27,961 nucleotides of DNA. It comes from an uncultured Pseudomonadota bacterium. GTDB lineage: Bacteria; Myxococcota_A; UBA796; CAJQPC01. The translations under genes were made by a program, and so were the position numbers. A model generated the notes under the pieces. The model searched no databases. It saw only the letters and a list, made by a program, of their open reading frames with translations, and was not told the DNA's origin. The stretch spans positions 1 through 27,961 of the forward strand of contig CALGIB010000804.1 in NCBI GenBank assembly GCA_937915955.1, written 5' to 3'. Shown piece after piece: positions 7,403 through 15,467 of the stretch. Each line of letters opens with the position of its first letter. The first letter of the stretch is position 1.

Positions 7403-8335
7403 ATGGACCTCAACTACCAGCACCTGCGCTACTTCTGGGTGACGGCGCGCGAGGGCAACCTCACGCGCGCCGCCGACCTGCTGCGCCTGGCCCCCAGCAC
7501 CGTGTCCGCCCAGATCAAGACCCTCGAGGCGTGGCTGGGCTACGCCCTGTTCGAGCGCCAGGGGCGCGGGCTGGCGATGACGCTGCGGGGGCAGCAGGTC
7601 AAGGAGTACGCCGACGAGATCTTCGCCCTAGGCGAGGAGCTGGTGGACACCGTCCGCAGCGAGACCGGCCTTCGGCACGCCTACCGCTTGCGGGTGGGCG
7701 TCGGGAACCACTTGCCCAAGCTGGTAGCCTGGGAGCTGCTGTCTCCGGCGCTGCATGTGCCCGAGTTCCCGGTCCACCTGCTCGTGCGCGAGGACAGGGC
7801 CGACCGCCTGGTGGCCGATCTGGCTGTGCACCACCTGGACCTGGTCCTGTCGGACAAGCCGGTGGGCCTGTCTCTGGACGTGCACGCCGAGAGCGTGCTG
7901 CTGGGTGAGTCCGGCATCTCGCTGATGGCGGCCCCGCAGCTCGCCGCCCGCGTGCTGCACGACTTCCCCCAGAGCTTGCAGGAGGCTCCGGTGCTCCTGC
8001 CCGAGGTGGGCTCATCGATGCGCGGTCTGCTCGAGGCCTGGTTCCAGAGAGTGGGCGTCCGTCCGCGGATCGTGGCCGAGTTCGGCGACAGCGCGCTGAT
8101 GAAGTCCTTCGGCCAGGAGGGCGCGGGGCTGTTCCCGGTCCCGACGGCCGTGCGCGACGTGGTCGAGGCCACCTACCGGGTCGTGACGGTCGGGGAGCTG
8201 GAGGACACCTGGGAGCAGCTCTACGCCATCGTCATGCCCGGAAGGAGGGCCAACCCGGCCGTGGCGGCGGTCCTCCAGGCAGCCCAGAATGTTCGATACA
8301 ATCGAATCAGGAACGCTCCATTATCTAATGGATAG
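7403..8335 (+). CDS. nhaR: LysR-family transcriptional regulator, NhaR-like
   Basis: LNYQHLRYFWVTAREGNLTRAADLLRLAPSTVSAQIKTLE HTH; LRVGV...LPKLVAWELL; IVAEFGDSALMKSFGQEGAGLFPVP matches the NhaR subfamily pattern. Confidence 0.8.
   Translation: MDLNYQHLRYFWVTAREGNLTRAADLLRLAPSTVSAQIKTLEAWLGYALFERQGRGLAMTLRGQQVKEYADEIFALGEELVDTVRSETGLRHAYRLRVGVGNHLPKLVAWELLSPALHVPEFPVHLLVREDRADRLVADLAVHHLDLVLSDKPVGLSLDVHAESVLLGESGISLMAAPQLAARVLHDFPQSLQEAPVLLPEVGSSMRGLLEAWFQRVGVRPRIVAEFGDSALMKSFGQEGAGLFPVPTAVRDVVEATYRVVTVGELEDTWEQLYAIVMPGRRANPAVAAVLQAAQNVRYNRIRNAPLSNG
8292..8332. promoter_or_regulatory. AT-rich operator/promoter region inside the LysR 3' end, upstream of carbonic anhydrase
   Basis: TTCGAT-ACA-ATCGAA palindrome (8292-8306) and TCCATTA-TC-TAATGGA palindrome (8317-8332) in a local AT-rich patch. 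Confidence 0.6.
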
Positions 8336-8385
8336 TACATTTTTTCGGCTCTATCACTGGGACGGTCCCCCAGAACGGAGCCCGC

Positions 8386-8973
8386 ATGCACCCGATCCAC
8401 GAAGGCGTCCGACGCTTCCAGGCCGAGGTCTTTCCCGGCCTGAGTGAGCGCTTCGCGGGGCTGGCCGAGGGCCAGTCTCCCCACTCGCTCTTCATCACGT
8501 GCTCCGACTCGCGCATCGATCCGGGGCTGGTCACCCAGTCGCGGCCCGGTGAGATCTTCGTGCAGCGGAACGCGGGCAACCTCGTGCCCGAGTACGGCCG
8601 GGACGAGGGCACGGCCTCGGCCGTCGAGTACGCCGTGGCCGCCCTCGGCGTGCAGCTCATCGTCGTCTGTGGCCACAGCGGCTGCGGCGCCATGGGCGCG
8701 CTGCTGAACCCGGGGTCCCTGGCGCTGCTCCCGCGCGTGGCCTCCTGGGTCGAGCACGCCGCCCCCACGGGCGCGGCGGTCGCCGACTACGGGCCAGCCC
8801 GTCAGCTGGACGGCGCCATCGAGCACAACGCCCTGCGCCAGCTCGACAACCTGCAGACCCACCCGAGCGTGCAGGTCGCGCTGGCCGAGGGCCGCCTGCG
8901 CCTGGAGGCCTGGGTCTACGACATCGCCAGCGGCAGCGTCCGGGTGGTCGGCTCGGTGGGGAGCGAGCTGTGA
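8386..8973 (+). CDS. can: Beta-class carbonic anhydrase
   Basis: GQSPHSLFITCSDSRIDP, GEIFVQRNAGNLVP, SAVEYAV, IVVCGHSGCGAM zinc ligands (C, D, H, C). Confidence 0.95.
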   Translation: MHPIHEGVRRFQAEVFPGLSERFAGLAEGQSPHSLFITCSDSRIDPGLVTQSRPGEIFVQRNAGNLVPEYGRDEGTASAVEYAVAALGVQLIVVCGHSGCGAMGALLNPGSLALLPRVASWVEHAAPTGAAVADYGPARQLDGAIEHNALRQLDNLQTHPSVQVALAEGRLRLEAWVYDIASGSVRVVGSVGSEL

Positions 8974-9041
8974 GGGGCGGGGGCCCCGCAAGGTGACGGT
9001 CCTGCCTTCGAGCTGACACAGACGCTCCATAGAACGTCGCC

Positions 9042-9920
9042 ATGAAGAAGCTCCTCCTCCTCGTCGCCGCCCCGGCCCTCGTCCTCGTCGCCTGCTCGCG
9101 CCCCGAGCCGGGCGCCAAGGGCTCGCGCGTGGTCCTCCAGAACAAGGGCTCCGACACCCTGGTCAACGTCGCCCAGGCCTGGGCCGAGGCCTACAAGGAG
9201 GTCGACCCGAACACGGCCATCGCCGTCACCGGCGGCGGCTCGGGCACGGGCATCTCGGCGCTGATCAACGGCACGGTGGACATCGCCAACGCCAGCCGCG
9301 AGATGAAGGACCAGGAGATCGCCTCGGCCAAGGCCAACGGGGTCGAGCCGGTAGAGTTCGTCGTCGGCTACGACGCGCTGGCGGTCTTCCTGCACCCCGA
9401 CAACCCCGCCACGTCGCTGTCCTTCGAGCAGCTGGCCGGCATCTACGGCGACGGCGGCGAGACGGTGTCCTGGTCCCAGCTGGGCCTGGACGTGCCCGGC
9501 TGCAGCTCGGGCGAGATCGTGGTGGTCAGCCGCCAGAACAACTCCGGCACCTACGCCTACTTTCAGGAGGTGGTGCTCGGCGGCAAGGACTTCAAGCTCG
9601 GCACCCGGGACATGCACGGCAGCAAGGATGTTGTCGACCTGGTCGAGAACACGCCCTGCGCCATCGGCTACAGCGGCCTGGCCTACGCCACGGAGCACAT
9701 CAAGAAGGCCTGCATCGGCGAAGCCGGCGCCTGCGTCGAGCCCACCGTCGAGGGCGCGATCAGCGGCGAGTACCCCATCGCGCGGTCGCTCTTGATGTAC
9801 ACCTCGGGCCAGCCCACGGGCGGCACCAAGGCCTACATGGACTGGATCCTCTCGGACGCCGGCCAGTGCATCCTGCTCGACAAGGGCTACGCGCCCGCCG
9901 CCAAGGTCAGCTGCAAGTGA
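9042..9920 (+). CDS. pstS: Phosphate ABC transporter substrate-binding lipoprotein
   Basis: Lipobox LVAC; KGSDTL, GGGSGTGISALINGTVDIANASR, SRQNNSGTY, IGYSGLAY, YPIARSLLMY. Confidence 0.96.
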   Translation: MKKLLLLVAAPALVLVACSRPEPGAKGSRVVLQNKGSDTLVNVAQAWAEAYKEVDPNTAIAVTGGGSGTGISALINGTVDIANASREMKDQEIASAKANGVEPVEFVVGYDALAVFLHPDNPATSLSFEQLAGIYGDGGETVSWSQLGLDVPGCSSGEIVVVSRQNNSGTYAYFQEVVLGGKDFKLGTRDMHGSKDVVDLVENTPCAIGYSGLAYATEHIKKACIGEAGACVEPTVEGAISGEYPIARSLLMYTSGQPTGGTKAYMDWILSDAGQCILLDKGYAPAAKVSCK

Positions 9921-10978
9921 GCGGGGCCCACCAGCGGCGTCTGCTCGAGGATCTCGACAAGATCCGTCGTCGCGTCGCGGCGGTGGGTGCCCGCGTCGAC
10001 GACGCGCTGGGCATGGCCGTGCACGCCCTGATGACGGGCGATCGAGGCCTGGCCGCCGAGACCGTGCTGAACGACTTCCCGATCAACCGCACGGTCCGTG
10101 AGCTGGACGCCGACTGCCACCGCTTCGTGGCCCGGCACCTGCCCAGCGCGGGCCACCTGCGCACGGTGTCCTCGGTCCTGCGCCTGAACATCGCGCTGGA
10201 GCGCATCGGCGACTACGCGGTGACCATCGCGCGGGAGACCGAGCAGCTGGGTGCGCCGCCGCCCGAGCCCCTGGCCTCGACCATGCAGGCCATGGCGGAC
10301 CAGTCCCGCAAGATGTACCGCCAGGCCATCGCCGCCTGGGTGGACCAGAACGCGGACCTGGCGCGCGGCACCAAGGGCATGGCCGGCTCGGTCGATGTCC
10401 TGCTGGACAGCGCCTGGAAGGAGCTGCTGCGCATGGGCAAGGAGCCCGGCGCGCCCTCGATGCGGCGCATGTTCGCGTTCCTCATCATCTGCTCGAACCT
10501 GGAGCGGGTCAGCGATCAGGCCAAGAACATCTGTGAGGAGGCCGTCTTCGCCGCCACGGGCGAGACCAAGCCGCCCAAGGTCTACAAGGTGCTCTTCGTC
10601 GACGAGGGCAACAGCCGGCTGTCCGTGCTGGCCGAGGCCATGGCGCACAAGGCCTTCCCCGAGTCGGGCCACTACACCTCGGCGGGCTGGAGCCCGGCCC
10701 CGGCGGTCGACCCCGAGCTGATCGCCTTCCTCGACGAGCGCGCGATGGAGCCCAGCCCCCACGTGCCCCAGAGCCTGGCCTCGATGATGCACAAGCTGCC
10801 CGCGCAGCACATCGTCGTCAGCCTGGCTGGCGACCCTCGCCCCCACCTCGGGTCGGTGCCGTTCAGCACGGTGGTGCTCGAGTGGTCCATCTCCGGTGAC
10901 CTGCCCGCCGCCACCGAGCAGCTGGCTGACAAGATCGCCTGGCTCATGGAGAAGTGCCGAGGAGAAGGCGCGCACTGA
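9917..10978 (+). CDS. phoU: PhoU fused to a C-terminal ArsC/LMW-PTP-like domain
   Basis: GTG overlaps the pstS stop; D..IN...ELD.DC, LERIGDYAV.IA, LERVSDQAKNICEEAVF PhoU motifs; tail KVLFVDEGNSRLSVLAEAMA...TSAG..PA..VDP. Confidence 0.9.
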   Translation: MSGAHQRRLLEDLDKIRRRVAAVGARVDDALGMAVHALMTGDRGLAAETVLNDFPINRTVRELDADCHRFVARHLPSAGHLRTVSSVLRLNIALERIGDYAVTIARETEQLGAPPPEPLASTMQAMADQSRKMYRQAIAAWVDQNADLARGTKGMAGSVDVLLDSAWKELLRMGKEPGAPSMRRMFAFLIICSNLERVSDQAKNICEEAVFAATGETKPPKVYKVLFVDEGNSRLSVLAEAMAHKAFPESGHYTSAGWSPAPAVDPELIAFLDERAMEPSPHVPQSLASMMHKLPAQHIVVSLAGDPRPHLGSVPFSTVVLEWSISGDLPAATEQLADKIAWLMEKCRGEGAH

Positions 10979-11889
10979 TGGCCGCTCCCTCGCCAGCCCG
11001 CCCGGGGGCGCGTGACCTCGCCTGGGCCGGTGACAAGCTGGCCCAGGGCGTGATCTTCCTGGGAGGCATCAGCGGCATCCTGCTGGTCATCGGCATCTTC
11101 GTGTTCGTGTCCCGCGAGGGCCTGGGCTTCGTGTCCAACGGCCTGGACCTGCGGGAGTTCCTCACCAGCCCGGCCTGGCGTCCCACCTCGAACCACCCCA
11201 CCTTCGGGGCCCTGGCGCTCATGGCCGGCACCGCCAGCGTCACGGGCCTGGCCATGCTGGTCTCGGTGCCTCTGAGCCTGGGCGCGGCCATCTTCATCGG
11301 CGAGTTCGCCAAAGGCCGCACCCGCGAGCTGCTCAAGGTGCTCATCGAGATGCTGGCGGCCATCCCCTCGGTGGTCTGGGGCTTCATCGGCCTGACGATG
11401 ATGAACGAGCTCATCATCGACGTCTTCAACGTGCCGGTGGGCCTCAACGTGCTCAACGCCGGCATCATCCTGGGCCTGATGGCGGCCCCCATCATGACGA
11501 CCATCGCCGAGGACGCGCTCAAGGCGGTGCCCGACGGCTACCGGCAGGCCGCCGAGGCCATGGGCGCCACCAGGTGGCAGGTCATCTGGCGGGTGGTCAT
11601 CCCGGCCGCCAAGAACGGCCTGGTCGCCGCGGTGTTGCTGGGCGTGGGCCGAGGCTTCGGCGAGACCATGGCCGTGCTCATGGCCAGCGGGCACAGCATC
11701 AACATCCCGACCAGCCCCTTCGACTCGGTGCGGGCCCTGACGGCCACCATCGCCGCCGAGCTGGGCGAGACCGCCGTGGGCAGCGAGCACTACCAGGCGC
11801 TGTTCTTCCTGGGCATCTTCCTCTTCGTCGTGACCTTCGCGATCAACCTCACGGCCGACCTCGTCGTCCGCGGCATCAAGAACGGCTGA
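10978..11889 (+). CDS. pstC: Phosphate ABC transporter permease PstC
   Basis: TGATG overlap with phoU; IEMLAAIPSVVWG, EDALKAVPDGYRQAAEAMGATRWQ, GRGFGETMAVLM. Confidence 0.96.
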   Translation: MAAPSPARPGARDLAWAGDKLAQGVIFLGGISGILLVIGIFVFVSREGLGFVSNGLDLREFLTSPAWRPTSNHPTFGALALMAGTASVTGLAMLVSVPLSLGAAIFIGEFAKGRTRELLKVLIEMLAAIPSVVWGFIGLTMMNELIIDVFNVPVGLNVLNAGIILGLMAAPIMTTIAEDALKAVPDGYRQAAEAMGATRWQVIWRVVIPAAKNGLVAAVLLGVGRGFGETMAVLMASGHSINIPTSPFDSVRALTATIAAELGETAVGSEHYQALFFLGIFLFVVTFAINLTADLVVRGIKNG

Positions 11890-11892
11890 GCG

Positions 11893-12762
11893 ATGTTCGG
11901 ACCCACCGCACGAACCGTCCAGGACCAGCTCGTCGAGCGCCGCGTGCGCGTCGGCCTGGGCCTCGTCACCGCCGTCCTCGTGCTGCCCGTGGTGCTCATC
12001 CTGGGGGTGCTCGTCGTCAAGGGCGGGCCCATGATCAGCATGGAGTTCCTGTTCTCGGATCCCACCAACGGGATGACCGAGGGCGGCATCTTCCCGGCCC
12101 TGATCGGCACGGTCTGGCTGGTGGGCTTCGCGCTGCTGTTCAGCGTGCCCGTTGGCATCGCCGCGGCGCTGTACCTGAGCGAGTACGCCCCGGACAACTG
12201 GGTGACCCGCGCCATCAACCTGGCCATCATCAACCTGGCCGGCGTGCCCAGCATCGTGCACGCGCTGTTCGGCCTGGGCGCCTTCGTGCTCTTCGCCGGC
12301 TTCGGCACCAGCATCCTGGCCGCCAGCCTGACCCTGGCCGTGATGACCTTGCCGGTGGTCATCGTCGCCACCCGCGAGTCGCTGCAGGCCGTGCCGATGG
12401 AGTTCCGCGAGGCCTGCTGGTCGATGGGCGCCACGCGCTGGCAGACCATCTGGCGCATCGTGCTGCCCAACAGCATCACCGGCATCCTCACGGGCGTCAT
12501 CCTGGAGGTCAGCCGCACCGCCGGAGAGACGGCGCCCATCATGTTCACGGGCGCGGCCTTCTTCCTGCCGTTCCTGCCCGAGAGCGTGTGGGACCAGACC
12601 ATGGCCATGAGCCTGCACCTGTTCGTGGTCTCCACGCAGGTGCCCGACGTGCCCGAGGCGCTGCCCTACGGCGTGGCCCTGGTGATGATCCTGATGGTCC
12701 TGACCATGAACGCGCTGTCCATCGGCTTCCGCATGTGGCTCCGAGGGAGGCGCAAGTGGTGA
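11893..12762 (+). CDS. pstA: Phosphate ABC transporter permease PstA
   Basis: GGIFPALIGT, YLSEYA, NLAGVPSIVHALFG, RESLQAVP, RTAGETAPI. Confidence 0.96.
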   Translation: MFGPTARTVQDQLVERRVRVGLGLVTAVLVLPVVLILGVLVVKGGPMISMEFLFSDPTNGMTEGGIFPALIGTVWLVGFALLFSVPVGIAAALYLSEYAPDNWVTRAINLAIINLAGVPSIVHALFGLGAFVLFAGFGTSILAASLTLAVMTLPVVIVATRESLQAVPMEFREACWSMGATRWQTIWRIVLPNSITGILTGVILEVSRTAGETAPIMFTGAAFFLPFLPESVWDQTMAMSLHLFVVSTQVPDVPEALPYGVALVMILMVLTMNALSIGFRMWLRGRRKW

Positions 12763-13520
12763 AGCTCTCGGTCCGCGACCTGCGCATCACCTACGGAGAG
12801 GGCCCCTCGGAGAAGGTGGCCCTGTCCGGCGTGAACCTGGACATCCACGAGCACGAGATCTTCGGCATCATCGGGCCCGCGAACAGCGGCAAGACCAGCT
12901 TCCTGCGGGCCATCAACCGCATGGACGAGTTCACCCTGGGCATGGACGTGCGGGGCTCGGTCAAGCTGGACGGCACCGAGGTGCGCGACTGGGCCAACGT
13001 CTACGCCCTCCGCCGCCGCATCGGCGTGGTCTTCCCGCTGCCCGTCGGCCTGCCCATGAGCGTGTACGACAACGTGGCGCTCTCGCCTCGCCTGCGCGGC
13101 GTCCGCAAGCGCTCGGTGCTGGACGAGAAGGTCGAGCAGTGCCTGACGCGCGCGGCGCTCTGGGACGAGGTCAAGGACCGCCTCGGCACGCTGGGCAGCC
13201 TGCTCTCGGGCGGCCAGCAGCAGCGCCTGACCATCGCCCGGGCGCTCTCGCAGGAGCCCGACCTGCTGCTGCTCGATGAGTTCTCCATCGCGGTAGACCC
13301 GGTCACCACCATGCGCATCGAGGACGTCCTGGTCGACCTGAAGCAGGACATGACCATCGTGCTGGTCACCAACCTCGTCCAGCAGGCCCGCCGCCTGGCC
13401 GACCGAACGGCCTTCTTCCTCATGGGCGAGTGCGTCGAGATCGCCGAGACCGAGGAGCTCTTCACCGGCGAGGTGAAGGACCCGCGCACCCGCGACTACG
13501 TGGACGGACGCTTTGGTTGA
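12759..13520 (+). CDS. pstB: Phosphate ABC ATPase PstB, copy 1 (degenerate Q-loop and H-switch)
   Basis: GTG overlaps the pstA stop; GPANSGKT, IGVVFPLP, LSGGQQQRLTIARAL, LLLLDEFSIAVDP, VTNLVQQARR, TRDYVDGRFG. Confidence 0.92.
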   Translation: MKLSVRDLRITYGEGPSEKVALSGVNLDIHEHEIFGIIGPANSGKTSFLRAINRMDEFTLGMDVRGSVKLDGTEVRDWANVYALRRRIGVVFPLPVGLPMSVYDNVALSPRLRGVRKRSVLDEKVEQCLTRAALWDEVKDRLGTLGSLLSGGQQQRLTIARALSQEPDLLLLDEFSIAVDPVTTMRIEDVLVDLKQDMTIVLVTNLVQQARRLADRTAFFLMGECVEIAETEELFTGEVKDPRTRDYVDGRFG

Positions 13521-14289
13521 CGCCACCGACAGCAGCGACGCGATCCGCACGCGCGACCTGAACCTCTGGTACGGGACCTTCCAGGCGCTGCACGACGTCA
13601 CGCTGGACATCCAGACCGGCGTGGTCACCTCGATGATCGGGCCCTCGGGCTGCGGAAAGAGCACGCTGCTGCGCTGCTTCAACCGCATCAACGAGCGCCT
13701 GGACTACGTGCGGACCACGGGCAGCGTCGAGATCCTGGGCCACGACATCCTGGCCCCCGAGGTCGAGATCCTGCAGGTCCGCAAGCGCGTGGGCATGGTC
13801 TTCCAGCGCCCCAACCCGCTGCCCTTCTCCATTCGGGACAACGTGCTCTTCGCGCACAGCCTGCACGCCCCCGACGCCAGCAAGCAGGCCCAGGACGAGC
13901 TGCTCGAGGGCGCCCTGCGCAAGGTGCTGCTCTGGGACGCGGTGAAGGACCGGCTGGACAGCCTGGCCACCAGGCTGTCTCTGGAGGAGCAGCAGAAGCT
14001 CTGCATCGCGCGCTTGCTGCCCGTGAAGCCCAGCGTGCTGCTGATGGACGAGCCCTGCTCCGCCCTGGACCCCGACGGGACCCGCGCCGTCGAGGAGCTG
14101 ATCTGGGAATTGGCCGAGGAGTACAGCATCCTCATCGTCACCCACAACATGGCCCAGGCGCGCCGGGCCAGCGACCGCTGTGTGTTCATGCTGATGGGCA
14201 AGGTCATCGAGCACGGGCCCACCTCCGAGATGTTCGTCACCCCCCGGGACGAGCGCACCGCCGCCTACATCGAGGGTCGCTACGGCTGA
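13513..14289 (+). CDS. pstB: Phosphate ABC ATPase PstB, copy 2 (degenerate signature)
   Basis: GPSGCGKST, GMVFQRPNP, LSLEEQQKLCIAR, LMDEPCSALDP, VTHNMAQARR, TAAYIEGRYG. Confidence 0.93.
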   Translation: MVDATDSSDAIRTRDLNLWYGTFQALHDVTLDIQTGVVTSMIGPSGCGKSTLLRCFNRINERLDYVRTTGSVEILGHDILAPEVEILQVRKRVGMVFQRPNPLPFSIRDNVLFAHSLHAPDASKQAQDELLEGALRKVLLWDAVKDRLDSLATRLSLEEQQKLCIARLLPVKPSVLLMDEPCSALDPDGTRAVEELIWELAEEYSILIVTHNMAQARRASDRCVFMLMGKVIEHGPTSEMFVTPRDERTAAYIEGRYG

Positions 14290-14339
14290 GTCGGCCAGGC
14301 CGGCTCGAGCGACCGCCCACCACCACCGAAGGAACGCTC

Positions 14340-15449
14340 ATGCTCCTCATGGCTTGGATCACCGCTCTGTCCACCGCCCAGGCTGCCGACGAGGCGCCGG
14401 TCGAGACCGGCTACGACAAGGGCTTCTACGCCTCCCAGGGCGAGAACTACCTGATCCGGTTCCAGGGTCGGGTGCAGCCGCGCTTCACCTTCGAGTCCAA
14501 CGGAGACTTCAGCTCCACCCAGGAGCACTTCGAGGTCAGCCGGGCCCGGTTCAAGATGAGCGGCCACGTCTTCGACCCCCGCGTGAAGTACTACCTCCAG
14601 CTCGACGCCGGCAAGGGCGCGGTCACGCTGAAGGACTACTTCGTGGACGCCTACCTCGGCGACAGCGAGGTCTTCGTGCGGGCCGGGCAGGCCAAGATCT
14701 GGGCCAGCCGGCAGCAGATGGCCAGCACAGCGAACCTGCAGATGGTCGAGCGCGCCATCACCGACGAGCACTACGGCTATGGCCGCGACGTCGGCATCGC
14801 CGCCTACCACTCGCTCGGCAAGGAAGGCGGCGTCGAGTGGGTGGTGGGCGTGTACAACGGCACCGGCGACAAGGGCGTGTTCCGCGGCGAGACCACCGTG
14901 GACCTGAGCACCGGCGAGGGGGACGTCGAGGGCAAGTTCAGCAACGTGCCGGCCAAGATGATGCCCAAGGTGGCCGCCACGCTCGGCTGGGCCAACGACG
15001 GCGACGTCATCAAGGAGGCCGACTTCAAGCCGGACGCGGACCTGCGCTTCGGCGTCGGCGGCAGCGTCGTAGCGGCCTTCGACCACGACGGCGGGGACGA
15101 CGGCGCGGTGGTCGCCAACCTGGACTACATGCTCAAGCACCGCGGCCTGACGCAGACCTCGGCGGTCTACGTCGGCGTGGCGCAGAGCGGCGGCAGCTGG
15201 ACGTCGCAGGCCTACGAGAGCCTAGGCTTCCACGCGCAGGTCGGCTACACCCTCGCCGGCAAGGTCCAGCCCGCCCTCCGCTACGCGATGATCCTGCCCT
15301 CCCAGGGCGAGCGCACCAGCGAGGTGGGCGTGGGCGTGAACGGGTACTGGCACCGGGACGGCTGGAAGGTCCAGGCCGACGTGAACCGGCAGCAGACCGG
15401 GGCCGAGGTCGCCTACCTGGGTCGGACGCAGCTGCAGCTCTCGTTCTGA
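14340..15449 (+). CDS. Outer-membrane porin, OprO/OprP (phosphate-selective) family
   Basis: Signal peptide; RFQGRVQPRF, FEVSRARFKMSG, LKDYFVD, VRAGQAK, GRDVG amphipathic strands; C-terminal QLQLSF; position after pst genes. Confidence 0.82.
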   Translation: MLLMAWITALSTAQAADEAPVETGYDKGFYASQGENYLIRFQGRVQPRFTFESNGDFSSTQEHFEVSRARFKMSGHVFDPRVKYYLQLDAGKGAVTLKDYFVDAYLGDSEVFVRAGQAKIWASRQQMASTANLQMVERAITDEHYGYGRDVGIAAYHSLGKEGGVEWVVGVYNGTGDKGVFRGETTVDLSTGEGDVEGKFSNVPAKMMPKVAATLGWANDGDVIKEADFKPDADLRFGVGGSVVAAFDHDGGDDGAVVANLDYMLKHRGLTQTSAVYVGVAQSGGSWTSQAYESLGFHAQVGYTLAGKVQPALRYAMILPSQGERTSEVGVGVNGYWHRDGWKVQADVNRQQTGAEVAYLGRTQLQLSF

Positions 15450-15467
15450 GTGTGCTACGTCGTGGCG

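Noticed and set aside
8974-9041. Pho box or terminator between can and pstS
   Set aside because: GTCA half-sites on the minus strand are 20 bp apart, not 11 or 22; GCGGGGGCCCCGC has no viable loop or U-tract.
10570-10978. Arsenate reductase / arsenic resistance
   Set aside because: The catalytic Cys and CX5R Arg are absent and no other ars genes are present.
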